Below, piece after piece: positions 30,901-36,956 of a stretch of 54,515 nucleotides of DNA. The position numbers were made by a program, and so were the translations under genes. The stretch covers positions 1-54,515 of IMG/VR virus record IMGVR_UViG_3300016484_000532; one strand, given 5' to 3'. The notes beneath the pieces were generated by a model, which saw nothing but the letters and a program-made list of their open reading frames with translations, was not told the origin of the DNA and ran no database searches. The number at the start of each line of letters is the position of its first letter. The stretch's first letter is position 1. The DNA comes from a virus. Its lineage: Duplodnaviria; Caudoviricetes.

Positions 30901-33560
30901 ACAAACTGATCGACACCAAGCGCGTCGAGCAGGCGATCAAAGACATCGAGGACGAGTGGAGTCCGTACCAGAAGGAAATGCTCTATCACGGTCGCGCAGC
31001 CAAACAAACGGAAGATTTCATGACCAATGAAATCAAGCCGCTGGTCAAGGCTATGCAAGAAAAAGGCGTCTCGATGAACGAGCTTGAGACCTATCTTTGG
31101 AATCGGCATGCCCAAGAGCGCAACGAGCAGATCGCCAAGATCAACCCTCGCATGGAAGATGGCGGGTCCGGGATCCTGACGGAAGACGCGCAGGATTACC
31201 TTAAAAGCCTACCCAGCGATAAACGCAAGGATCTTGATGCGCTGGCCGGATTAGTGGACAAGATCAACAGCGGCACCAAGAAAATTCTGATCGATTCAGG
31301 TCTTGAGGTTCCAGAAACCATCGCAGCTTGGGATGAGACCTATAAGTTCTATGTCCCCCTGATGCGCGGAGAATCCGATATCTCGCACCGAGGCAACGGA
31401 ACCGGGTCAGGATTTGACATTAGAGGCCCAGCAAGCAAACGCGCCATGGGTTCAGATAAGCCGGTTGTTGATATTCTCGCCAACATGCTGATGCAGCGCG
31501 AACGGACCATCGTTCGAGCCGAAAAGAATCGGGTCGCCCTTGCGCTATATGGGCTTGCGATCCAAAACGAGAACCCCAGCTTCTGGCTACCGGTCAATCC
31601 CGAAGCGATTCGTGCGCCAAAACGCACACGAAATGAGCTTGCAAGCATGGGTCTGGATTCATCTGAGATAGATGGATTGATGCGGGAGCCTGCCTCTCGA
31701 TACATCGATCCACAATCAGGCCTTGTGGCGTCCAGAATCAACCCTGCGCTCCGCAACCGAGACAATGTCCTGGCTGTTCGAATCAATGGCAAAGATCGGT
31801 TCGTGTTTTTCAATACCGGAGATCCCCGGGCAGCTCGAATGGTGGAAGCGCTAAAGAATCTTGACGCCGATCAGCTAGGCTCATTCTTGTCAGCGATCCG
31901 AACGGTTACACATACATTCGCCGCGATGAATACCCAATACAATCCGGTATGGGGTCTGTTTAACATTTTCCGCGATACGGTTGGGGGATGGCTGAATCTG
32001 ACTAGCACCGCTATTGCAGGAAAGGAAAAGGACGTCCTGTCGCATGTTGGCCCCGCTATTGTTGGCATTTATGCGGATCTTCGCGCCGACCGCGCAGGCC
32101 GGCCTCGATCCTCCGGTGAATGGGCAAAGCTCTGGGAAGATTTCCAAGAGCATGGCGGCAAAACCGGGTATCGAGACAGCTTTAGAACATCCGAAGACAG
32201 GGCGAGAGCGCTGCAGAGAATGCTGGATCCTTCATCTTGGGCGGATGACGGGCTTGGACGGTTCTTCTCTATTGATGGACGGCTAAAGGCTCCAATGGAA
32301 ATGGTTCGAAAGGCGGCATCCCCAGTGGCAACCCCGGTCTTCGGATGGCTATCTGATTTCAACGAAACCACGGAAAACGCAATTCGGCTGTCAGCATACA
32401 AAGTCGCTATTGATTCAGGGCTTTCAGCGGACAAGGCAGCAATCATCGCCAAGAATCTGACGGTCAACTTTAATAAAAAGGGGCAACTGGCATCCCAGCT
32501 GGGTGCGCTGTACGCATTCTTCAATGCAAACGCCCAGGGCACCGCAAGAATTCTTGAGACGCTGAATGGGCCGAAAGGCAAGAAAATCATCGCTGGCGGG
32601 CTTCTGGTTGGCGTCATTCAGGCGTTCATGATGGCGGCAGCCGGATACGACGACGATGAACCGCCGCAATTCACCCGCGAACGCAATTTTGTGGTTCCAG
32701 TGGGTGATCGTTACTTCTCGTTCCCATACCCTCTGGGCTATCACGTCATTGTGAGTACCGGGCGCATTCTGACTGAGATTGCTTTGAGCGGTGGCAAAGA
32801 CGCAGGGAATAAGGTCTTTGACTTGATGGCGGCCTACATGGAGTCGTTCAACCCGATGGGGTCTGGCAAATCAATTTCCGAAGTCATGTCGCCGACGATC
32901 ACCGACCCGATTGTGGCGATAGAGCGGAATACCGACGCCTTTGGTCGGCCGATTGCACGGCTTGACCGCAGCGAACTCAGCCCAACCCCCGGATTTACCC
33001 GCGCAAAGGATACGGCCAGTGCGTTCGGAAAATGGTTTGCGGAGGTCATCAACACCCTTTCAGGCGGAAGCGACTACAGGCCTGGTCGCGCATCACCGAC
33101 ACCAGATCAAATCGATTACCTCATCGGTCAGGCAACCGGCGGCGTAGGCAGGGAAGCCATGAAAATTGAACAGACTGTCAGCAGTCTGGTAACTGGTGAA
33201 GAACTGCCTCCGCACAAGATCCCATTGTTGGGACGGCTTTATGGTGACATCCATTCCCAATCCGCTGAGGCAAATCGCTTCTATCAAAACGTGACCAAGC
33301 TGAATGAGCATGAAGCCGAGATCAAGGGTCTGGCAAAGAACGGCGGCGACTATCAGACCTACATGCAGAAGCATCCGGAAACGCAGCTCATTGCATCAGC
33401 CAACGCGCTGCAGAACGGCGTCTCTGAACTGAGGGCAAGGAAAAGGCTGGCCATGTCAAAAGGTAACAGCAAGGAACAAGTCAAACAGATCGAAAACCAG
33501 ATCGTCGTGTTCATGAAATCACTGAACGATCGCATGACGGCTTTGGAGGCCAAGCAATGA
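18933..33560 (+). CDS. Large polyvalent (DarB/DdrB-like) virion protein: SLT transglycosylase, DdrB-like ParB-fold, SF2 helicase, N6-adenine methyltransferase, HExxH metallopeptidase-like, LPD38-like
   Basis: 4875 aa; AKESSGN/GLGQF/AYHAG; QNRDRS/VAGNGR; GTGTGKT/DEAH/GISLHD/QQEGRIYR; LEPSAGHG/NPPF; HESTH; NTDAFGRPI/QIDYLI. Confidence 0.88.
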   Translation: MAVYDLDGNEVDLTLNDEEKAIAGGSRSTPTPQRARASRLSSGLLGDPEFRSKVSQIENNEGIPQGLIHAVIAKESSGNPDSVSPADESGKRAWGLGQFRESTAKSIAESTGIPIWQNGRVNLDPNVQLSAMAALLRQNKESLGGDWYDAAWAYHAGPDNVRSYKSTGRYSAYEDKIDPNYKSDIIRLRSRLENQGADANEPAAKKSILDYGIPMTPEIAAWEPEKPAAPAPVPAAPTSPSAMDRVKQGLSAVRNIDLSGPGVKQLHPPVPQNVPTFDPDYQEMEKSLNMTLAPGYVERVKNIYEAATPDDRQRLMSAPGQAGAVARFIDKKYQASNNLYGSVPELQSLSGRREDVEARNRLNGMEPLAAKTMADREVRFGSRPIFGQAKSTDFNFERAAELNGRDIPEQAQPQDQSFGDRLVNAAEKNWNASPIRRGAIQGVDLLQGQAAGMHKMIADAGEMMGVPGAAAYGRAQTAARQKLGMRQNEMGQSPDKFTRAFEGAIASTISNAPGLAVGLLKGGEVVPLMMMSTQVAGDEYSNGVERGLTKSQALSRAVAFGAMEYIGEKLGFRDQIDMIKNSAGGNVQNVEKLFLKTLSEQIAGEELTTIGEWRIDKSKAIGLNPDSTAKELLDQMKDTLYQTVMQTAMLGAPGAASAVNRKLRESDARYDQPFADAFKPVRETHAARDVYDTTIRTPLGELRNDPEYREIVSNQTNIDDSGLARGKAARQILAERRASKYLGHIETNGVPYAESTDVSNTGNVVPAAGQDLETKQVTGSSGGQQNAEAKNGQEQEGQLLGGTSALNLAAYSITNPDPLNENDEPLSASDALFELEVLRDRANKGKLNTEIFAWSPIGKRLGTNVLQSFLGEIKAGRFGFIDQLANRIKETSGAQQNTETGSTDGGLQPRSQVQSLPTGEGGAGVQPSGQENRDLTQKAPVGPFSMQRGPGGIAILDGSGTPVSTHQTMADAIEAFDQLSAQSSQQEYQDELQTSAASGNETGTGQVIPGSGQQVAQGTEQGSGQEAQQKGHHGLKPEAESLLKQAEAQDALGNAVEAQRLRSLVDQVNKGEFVPEAYLDANNPDGNAGSGVSKSSGGEAGAGTSGVSGQVSSETGNAGTGGDSGSSLKERREARKQRKSAEAPIIQNRDRSNPASIQQMQSIAANPHYLKLAPGNDFASGAPVVVGGNIPAEQLGREDIAVTAKNREIPFRYAVVEASKLVASHNADGTPNPEYDSPPAEKSKAVAGNGRIAGLQKAHKQGSAFNYVQGMFDDEYRHGISPAVIGKLAKPILVRVMPEAEITRDIGDESNIGSGLEQSPLEKARNDSHRIDLGGLDFTDDGEINEQTVKQFVRTMPENEQGGLLDTDGSPNRNAYDRLKSAIFYKAYRNDELVRLFSQTADPEAKLVISALARVSPKMARLEGAGKLDISDIVAQAAIAIVNGRRKEMSMSMIAGQIDMLEDPGTAEIIALFAENPRSNKMAIEALSEAADFAYEEANNPAEDLFGERQQATREDVLARIRSRRGQKQDETLEHPRGGKPSEGNAGQEENGREGQGDAGEIQGGEQEGQGGTKALAPLKQRRAARKERKASFATPEQEQRRADLVHQLAFLRGRLTKTKTAFNRREIEKEIKQAEKELSKLPEGILTPRGAADLRGKNVAESELVKTWLQGANDVLDYEAKNPSGKTADQLWEEYASSWEISGQSAPISKAYFQKVLAYRAGLSPEEIADDLDTAEVENLVDQVRKRFGEKRATDILENAARAASRKEGAYFPLVRKAAEDLLKNREIVTPSEDDNVGVNAAGEPLFERKDGSRYRIHNGEPDFGGDLAPVEGDLFGAPTKEDQQRSEKEAVDAYAKEKARQRNATGQEVSGGLFDQDNRQADVFSEPATRIGRLTTPGATYGTSNKVFTSDAADKARELLKKKLGQLNTGLDPEMMQAGITLAGYHIEAGARSFAAYSKAMINDLGDAVRPYLRSWYEGVRYYPGIDASKMTSSADIDSGSVESLAEITQGKTNVTDLNSNSNLERDSGDAESTNRLGEEDIRHGSGRDVGATRSGIQSTEGNTRGDRGISISGHEAAASGEPSDLKIYRGAPVAEGGASGGAVSDGGGILGVSGSPIEPDTANQTAKVAQSRSEVRRDQAKQTEADKQNHSGSSLQEIRAALPTLLSGQQEDVFKAETRFSAPDGYGMLFTNGTGTGKTFTGLGIIKRFSGRGKNNILILAPNNEIIRAWVKSGRILNLEINPLDNTKDAGKGITITTYANFGANDALASRNWDLTVADEAHYLMQDASGTPTHVIQNLRAITKHPDGVYRRAEMLHQDLRDEMADLSSRIDSVSKQLSNSDTMDSMIPDLQKILADLEPKLESARSKWETAKDRVKADVAGSQNANRPRSLFLSATPFAYEPTVDWANGYLFDYNEGQPDESKEFRGYNSGQNKDRFFMTHFGYRMRYNKLTKPDAKVDSGLMQRQFNTWLKKRGSLSGRMLDVAADYDRRFILVESAIGTRIDQALEWFHDEAERVRDAGGNSNGVSELEDAIADKFDYLSRRYLLEAIKATEVIKHVKEHMALGRKVVVFHDYKKGGGFHPFKMERRSDPLFNEALDRFNAEFQDLLKIDFASMPSPIEVFKREFPDVLLFNGDVSKKQRRANVEKFQSDDSGPQVFLAQTAAAREGISLHDTTGKHQRVLLNLGQPTQPTTSIQQEGRIYRTGQVTDAIFRYLNTGTNWEKWAFATTIAQRASAAENLGMGEQARALKDAFIAAFEESDNYRAGMEGEGKGGKERDRLANEALTEWDRAKAFYYGTQKKTSKTKAQEGADYFATPEPLGLKMVEWLQLQPGDKVLEPSAGHGAIARWMPENTERTAIEPSRQLLPKLAMVFDGKIVDTNFEQHNIVNKYDGIVMNPPFGSGGKTAVEHLAKAAQHLRDGGRIVALIPSGPASDKQFSKFFHEETRIPVAPVLNTKALGPVYVGDTIKTNYSWMQEGKVTGTHGDQLLVRRAGVNGVTHVDPSWVTELVATGRREKVARQAENLFMVADIQLPSSVFERAGTSVNTHIVVLEKQEDPEKAKLIQQSNRDYSNAKDINDFFDRIEEASLPARVGKDQSSVADQVASETKPAAAKGQAEGNRYVTDAPAITYTTKSGKTLEGVIARDLSQDEAKAIDPYTWKKDGGYFIRMKHVDRPQPMFSRSQVFFSALERGIYSSKIETQPATQWRAWLQGNKAKLGIKDEEIAWTGLDDYLTLKGKERLSKADITAFLKDNGIQVGEVTRMPIEEMSDDRVREEYEKDLGGADLGLSFVPTVKEMREWLADIAEEGTHGTPKYEQWSFYGAGKNYRELLLTLPTKSEREIADNKMKAFTDRVTKRLGREGWGLESMTPGELAEYDQLNDAAMKASSVKPTTYKSAHWKESNVLAHIRFNDRTDADGNKVLFVEEIQSDWAQEGRKKGFKGEKVKGYEVSWEGRPIMVYETKEEAEAHVSRALKNDPNAPIAIKEVMAKKNAQQESGKVEEAPFVKDTKAWVSLALKRIIRYAAEGGYDKVAFVTGEQAADRFDLSNQVDSILYKKNNDGTYKLSAQVHGRGQLLGDAISEDALEDHVGKEVAQKIVNGEGRKTEVQGKYDPSMPFGKNYMNELSGIDLKVGGEGMKSFYDQIVPQVANDVLKKLGGGRLESVEIDTRSPENDSWYEELTDKDILKHPGFVITPAMRDKAMAGLPLFIRNVGGGNPTGLSLNVVDKMARVIWDKLGIAPGVNLRTVETESDLPKEILDRAAKEGALGTIEAVQHKGTIYLVADKHTSALHVEESILHESTHLGGRIFYGRDILKMYTRLYFALGREAGIRDWAKRLGFSMDSYFKTASDMVKAGTMQPTQRFSYLADEFLAHAQGSKAYQSLPRKALQLFREILGAIRNWMKSKGLIESSKLSDADLAYLLRNLHRAAQGKSSAMAGDSIFKRSGNGSEARFSRKNVLGDEPAATWTAPGATRLDNFIYKMQDKLIDTKRVEQAIKDIEDEWSPYQKEMLYHGRAAKQTEDFMTNEIKPLVKAMQEKGVSMNELETYLWNRHAQERNEQIAKINPRMEDGGSGILTEDAQDYLKSLPSDKRKDLDALAGLVDKINSGTKKILIDSGLEVPETIAAWDETYKFYVPLMRGESDISHRGNGTGSGFDIRGPASKRAMGSDKPVVDILANMLMQRERTIVRAEKNRVALALYGLAIQNENPSFWLPVNPEAIRAPKRTRNELASMGLDSSEIDGLMREPASRYIDPQSGLVASRINPALRNRDNVLAVRINGKDRFVFFNTGDPRAARMVEALKNLDADQLGSFLSAIRTVTHTFAAMNTQYNPVWGLFNIFRDTVGGWLNLTSTAIAGKEKDVLSHVGPAIVGIYADLRADRAGRPRSSGEWAKLWEDFQEHGGKTGYRDSFRTSEDRARALQRMLDPSSWADDGLGRFFSIDGRLKAPMEMVRKAASPVATPVFGWLSDFNETTENAIRLSAYKVAIDSGLSADKAAIIAKNLTVNFNKKGQLASQLGALYAFFNANAQGTARILETLNGPKGKKIIAGGLLVGVIQAFMMAAAGYDDDEPPQFTRERNFVVPVGDRYFSFPYPLGYHVIVSTGRILTEIALSGGKDAGNKVFDLMAAYMESFNPMGSGKSISEVMSPTITDPIVAIERNTDAFGRPIARLDRSELSPTPGFTRAKDTASAFGKWFAEVINTLSGGSDYRPGRASPTPDQIDYLIGQATGGVGREAMKIEQTVSSLVTGEELPPHKIPLLGRLYGDIHSQSAEANRFYQNVTKLNEHEAEIKGLAKNGGDYQTYMQKHPETQLIASANALQNGVSELRARKRLAMSKGNSKEQVKQIENQIVVFMKSLNDRMTALEAKQ
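21187..21333 (+). CDS. Candidate nested gene (+1 frame), 48 aa basic peptide
   Basis: GGAG 6 nt before ATG; spans a low-complexity linker of the giant protein. Confidence 0.45.
   Translation: MPKVPMSAIRGMLSPQQDKISKRSKSPVLPAANKMPKPKMGKSKKGSC
21610..21756 (+). CDS. Candidate nested gene (+1 frame), 48 aa, MPSKTPKQARLMAA-type small phage protein
   Basis: AAGGAG 7 nt before GTG; resembles a small free-standing phage protein pattern recalled as MPSxSxKQxRxMAA.AH...VAKEFNxADK. Confidence 0.7.
   Translation: MPSKTPKQARLMAACSHGAKYKACPPAKVAREFNQADKKTGILRKKPR
21901..22038 (+). CDS. Candidate nested gene (+1 frame), 45 aa Lys/Pro-rich peptide
   Basis: AGGAG 7 nt before ATG; spans a linker. Confidence 0.45.
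   Translation: MNCKLPPRPAMKQAPVKSSRVVDNKLPKELNKGPGKKPSKKDIMD
22171..22317 (+). CDS. Candidate nested gene (+1 frame), 48 aa Leu/Glu-rich helical peptide
   Basis: GGAGG 9 nt before ATG; spans a Gly/Ser linker. Confidence 0.55.
   Translation: MPIIPMEMLEAAYRSLLEERLALELLEFLDRYPLKPGTLGLVETVDLH
23506..23661 (+). CDS. Candidate nested gene (+1 frame), 51 aa charged helical peptide
   Basis: TAAGGAG 5 nt before GTG; spans the linker after the ParB-like domain. Confidence 0.6.
   Translation: MDKSKTKHWNTPEGASLLKAMLGRKKMDEKDKETLAKFKEENRKAKEEQKP
24979..25347 (+). CDS. Candidate nested gene (+1 frame), 122 aa globular helical protein
   Basis: AGGGT 7 nt before ATG; natural protein-like composition while the main frame is a G/S-rich linker. 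Confidence 0.65.
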   Translation: MSLTSIATPIWNEIAATQNLQTDWAKKIFAMGPDEMLAQLDQEYRALKEIHGETVASAYLDMKPLLLENLAISKYIEEHQWLRAALPEVLSVTEAVFLASLDHPLSQIQQTKLQRLLKADLK

Positions 33561-34012
33561 TCGACGCACTCAACAAGCACCTTCCACTAGAGATCAACGC
33601 GCACGTTCGGTACAACGGACATGCCCAGATCCTCAAGTTTCATGGCTACAGCAAGCTGGCTGAAAGATATGCGGAAGCGGCTGAGGAAGAGCTGGGGCAT
33701 GCAAACAAGGTGATTCGCCGGCTGCAACAGCTGGGCGGATGGCCTGACTACACCCCGGCTTTGCCGATCAAGGCGCAAGCAAAATGGGATGTAAAAGCCA
33801 TGTTCGAAGCGGATCTAGCAACAGAACAGCGGGTGCTTGATAGCTTGACCCGGATCATTCAGCAGGCGGACGAAAAAGAGCAGGATTGGGAAACCGACAA
33901 CGTCTTCCGCACCTTGGTGAGCGATACGGAAGACGACATCGAGTGGTATACCAAGCAGCTCATGCAGATCGATGAGCTTGGGGTTCAAAACTATCTGCAG
34001 GCGCAGATCTAG
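33557..34012 (+). CDS. bfr: Bacterioferritin-like protein
   Basis: Aligns by eye along the whole of bacterioferritin incl. C-terminal GVQNYLQAQI; ATGA overlap with the giant gene. Confidence 0.85.
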   Translation: MIDALNKHLPLEINAHVRYNGHAQILKFHGYSKLAERYAEAAEEELGHANKVIRRLQQLGGWPDYTPALPIKAQAKWDVKAMFEADLATEQRVLDSLTRIIQQADEKEQDWETDNVFRTLVSDTEDDIEWYTKQLMQIDELGVQNYLQAQI

Positions 34013-34401
34013 CAGTCACCCATTTCCATAGCCACGGGCGGGCAGGGCATGCGGAAATCGTCACGGCGATCGCGGCTCTCCCGATCCTCAGTCTCATCGA
34101 CGGTCACCGGAACCACCATCCGGCCATCATCCCCGTAAGCTCGATAGGAAGGGCGTGAGAAATCCCTCGCACGGGAAGCGGGAAGGGTAGGAACCCATGT
34201 GGACCCTTGGCGCTTGTATCCGCCTCTGGTGAGGTCTCTGGCTGTGGATCCAGGTATCGTGCGGTAAATCTGATCGTCGTCGATCGCTGTCCCTGGTGCA
34301 GAAAGATCCCTGGCGTTGGTTCCCGGTATGGTCGGATTGACGTAGGTGACGGCTTCAGCGTTAGCTGAAAGCACAAAAAAGAGTATGGCGATCGATTTCA
34401 T
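34009..34401 (-). CDS. Putative secreted protein with three 24-aa T(I/L)PxxxARD repeats
   Basis: Signal-peptide-like MKSIAILFFVLSANAEA; GGAG RBS. Confidence 0.6.
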   Translation of the reverse strand: MKSIAILFFVLSANAEAVTYVNPTIPGTNARDLSAPGTAIDDDQIYRTIPGSTARDLTRGGYKRQGSTWVPTLPASRARDFSRPSYRAYGDDGRMVVPVTVDETEDRESRDRRDDFRMPCPPVAMEMGDC

Positions 34402-34429
34402 TGCGCTCTCCGTAAGGTTTGAACAGCGC

Positions 34430-34660
34430 TGACCCCCAGGTGGGGCGGCCCCATAAAGGCCCCATGATCCCCTGAGAACCCAGTAATTACTGGGGTTTGT
34501 TGTGCCGGAGGTCTGCACCCTTGCTATATTAGCAATTTTATCTGACGCTGAAAATATCTGAAAAATACAGGGCTTCAGATGGTATAGCATTTGGTAATTT
34601 GATGCCTGATTTAAGTTATTCTAAAGTGGTCGGCCCCAAAAAGCCCCATCGGCCCCACTC
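34430..34660. other. Candidate attP region
   Basis: Non-coding, AT-rich centre flanked by five GCCCCA direct repeats (34446, 34457, 34631, 34641, 34650); directly upstream of the integrase. Confidence 0.65.
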
Positions 34661-35671
34661 ATGGCATCCATTCAAAAGACAGAAAAAGGATACCGCGCTC
34701 AGATCAAGCTGAACGGAATCCGAGAATCCCAATGTTTCCGTACTTTGCGCGAGGCTAAAGCCTGGGCGGATGCGCGCACCTATGAGATTGCGGAATCCGG
34801 AAAGAAACCAAAGCGCGAGCAGGTGACCGTGGCAGCGGTCATGACCCGTTACGCTGAAGAGGTGTCGACCTCCAAGCGAGGAGCAGCCTGGGAACGAATC
34901 AGAATCAGCGCCATGCTGATTGATCCGGCATTCCCGTCGAGCGTATTGCTTGGTGAGTTGACCCCAGAAATGGTGTCTCGATGGAGGGATGCAAGGTTAA
35001 AAGAAGTGAAACCGGGAACAGTTCTGCGAGAGATCGGACTGGTCTCAGCAATCTTCGATACCTGTATTCGAGAATGGGATCTGATCGATCAAAACCCGAT
35101 CAAGAAAATTCGCAAACCCAAAAAGCCAGAACATCGGGACGCGCTTTATAGCTGGAGACAAATACGAGCGATTCTCAAGGCAACAGGCTACAGATGGAAC
35201 GGGAATGTGAGAACCGTAGCCCAAACTACTGGAATGTGTTTTTTGGTAGCTCTCAGGACCGGAATGAGGGCTGGGGAATTGACGGGGTTGACCTGGGATC
35301 GTGTTTATTCGGACCACGTTTTTTTGCCTGTAACCAAGACAAACAAACGATACGTCCCTTTGTCGTCGAAAGCAGCCAGGCTAATCGAGAGGATGCGCGG
35401 GTATGACCCTAACCTTGTGTTCGGGATCAATCCTCAATCTCTGGACGCTAATTTTCGGAAGTACCGGATCAGAGCTGGAATTGAAGGGATGACGTTTCAC
35501 GATTCAAGGCATTACGCGGCAACGCAAATGGCGAAACGGGTGGATGTTCTGACGCTGTGTAAGGTTTTTGGTTGGACCAATCCAAAAATGGCGCTCACCT
35601 ATTACAATCCGACAGCATCAGACATCGCTAAGATGCTTGACGGGCAACCAGCGCCCGATCGATCTCGCTGA
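34661..35671 (+). CDS. int: Tyrosine recombinase/integrase
   Basis: TGMRAGE, FHDSRH and YYNP catalytic motifs. Confidence 0.93.
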   Translation: MASIQKTEKGYRAQIKLNGIRESQCFRTLREAKAWADARTYEIAESGKKPKREQVTVAAVMTRYAEEVSTSKRGAAWERIRISAMLIDPAFPSSVLLGELTPEMVSRWRDARLKEVKPGTVLREIGLVSAIFDTCIREWDLIDQNPIKKIRKPKKPEHRDALYSWRQIRAILKATGYRWNGNVRTVAQTTGMCFLVALRTGMRAGELTGLTWDRVYSDHVFLPVTKTNKRYVPLSSKAARLIERMRGYDPNLVFGINPQSLDANFRKYRIRAGIEGMTFHDSRHYAATQMAKRVDVLTLCKVFGWTNPKMALTYYNPTASDIAKMLDGQPAPDRSR

Positions 35672-35846
35672 CAGGAATCTTCCCGACCTTGTTCATTCGA
35701 ATCGCACCCTGGGCAATCAGCTTAGTGAGCGTGGGGTGACTAAGGCCGAGCATTTCTGCGGCTTGCGCTTTAGTGACATGGCTAGGTCTTGGATGTTGTT
35801 CCGCATAAAGCTGGACCGCTTTCAGCGCAATTTCAAGTTCAGTCAT
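35628..35846 (-). CDS. Excisionase-like HTH protein
   Basis: VTKAQAAEMLGLSHPTLTKLI HTH; adjacent to int; GGAGGA RBS. Confidence 0.7.
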   Translation of the reverse strand: MTELEIALKAVQLYAEQHPRPSHVTKAQAAEMLGLSHPTLTKLIAQGAIRMNKVGKIPVSEIDRALVARQAS

Positions 35847-36006
35847 GGCTCTCCTCCAAAAGCTCATCGCCCAACACGCCGATCATTCGCTGAATGTCTT
35901 CACTCAGGTAGTCAGGAAAGCACCGCTTCCCATCAATACTTGTCAGGCAATACGACTCCAACGCAGACAGAAGCATCAGTACGTCGAGTTTGTCTTTCTT
36001 AGTCAT
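35839..36006 (-). CDS. Hypothetical protein
   Basis: Coupled overlaps in the leftward early operon. Confidence 0.5.
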   Translation of the reverse strand: MTKKDKLDVLMLLSALESYCLTSIDGKRCFPDYLSEDIQRMIGVLGDELLEESHD

Positions 36007-36292
36007 GGTCTTCCCCCCGCGCCTTGGCGAGTGCGGCTTGTGCCTTTTCAAACGCATCAGATAATTGCTCTCCGTGAGCCGTCATCACATATTCCAATGC
36101 CTCAAAAAGCTCCGGCGCGGCGGCGATGAGGTGGGCGTTGGCGTCTTGGATTTTCTCCGGGTCTGGTAGGTATTGAATCCACCCCCATCCGCGCACCTCA
36201 GCAATCATGTGCGCATCCCTACGTTCACCAGAAAAAATGTAGCCATAGTCGTCAGTAAACCACGGCCCCGGCGTGAATTTTGGTTCGCTCAT
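35999..36292 (-). CDS. Conserved phage hypothetical protein (TPGPW...ANAHLIAAAPEL family)
   Basis: Characteristic motifs; GGAGG RBS. Confidence 0.75.
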   Translation of the reverse strand: MSEPKFTPGPWFTDDYGYIFSGERRDAHMIAEVRGWGWIQYLPDPEKIQDANAHLIAAAPELFEALEYVMTAHGEQLSDAFEKAQAALAKARGEDHD

Positions 36293-36338
36293 GCGTCCTC
36301 CTGGCAGGCATTTGCCTTATCAATAATCTCGCAGAGCT

Positions 36339-36788
36339 TTAAACCTTTAGGGTTTGCATGTAATTCCACAGCTCTCTAAGTTTTGCGTTGGTGTTTTTTT
36401 GGATGTCGGATAGCAATCCGCCCTGGCTTGCCAGAACCATCGCTTCATCGATGATTCGCATAACGTCTGATTTCTCTTGTTCGGTCAGGTCTCGTTCTGG
36501 GTAGTCCCATTTGTTGTTGCCCATGAATCCAACAAACTCCCCGCAATCCCCAATAGGAATGGCTCCGCTGAAAGCGATATGCCTCCAGTACCATCCGATA
36601 TATGGCAATCGCTTTCCGTGTCCATGCTCGTCATTTTCATCGTCCTCATAGTCAGCACGTCTTCCAAGAAAATCGTTGTACTCAGAGTCGAGAATTGCAT
36701 CCTCCAGGTATTCCTTTGGAAAGGACCTCAGCTTTTCCCTGCGTTCCTCATAAGTTCCACGCAATGCCAGATATAGATTTGTACTCAT
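36339..36788 (-). CDS. Hypothetical protein
   Basis: Likely start MSTNLY with AGGA RBS. Confidence 0.6.
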   Translation of the reverse strand: MSTNLYLALRGTYEERREKLRSFPKEYLEDAILDSEYNDFLGRRADYEDDENDEHGHGKRLPYIGWYWRHIAFSGAIPIGDCGEFVGFMGNNKWDYPERDLTEQEKSDVMRIIDEAMVLASQGGLLSDIQKNTNAKLRELWNYMQTLKV

Positions 36789-36882
36789 TTGGTGTCCTAT
36801 CGGTTGAGCTATAAGGGATGGGACTGCTACTGGACCAGTCGATTCACCCCCACCAAAGCAGGGGAGCAATCCCATTTCTTAT

Positions 36883-36956
36883 TGGTTTGGGGACAAGGAT
36901 TCGAACCTTGGTTGACGGGATCAAAACCCGTTGCCTTACCGCTTGGCTACCCCCGA
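36883..36956 (-). tRNA. tRNA-Gln(TTG)
   Basis: Cloverleaf with D-arm GCCAAGCGGTAAGGC, anticodon ACGGG-TTTTGAT-CCCGT, GGTTCGAATCC T-arm, encoded CCA. Confidence 0.9.

Noticed and set aside
34402-34590. N-terminal extension of the 34009-34590 ORF
   Set aside because: Overlaps the attP-like region; the RBS and signal peptide point to a start at 34401
36790-36818. tRNA 5'-half-like sequence TCCCTTATAGCTCAACCGATAGGACACCA on the minus strand
   Set aside because: D-stem does not pair and there is no anticodon or T arm; its end doubles as the RBS of the next gene
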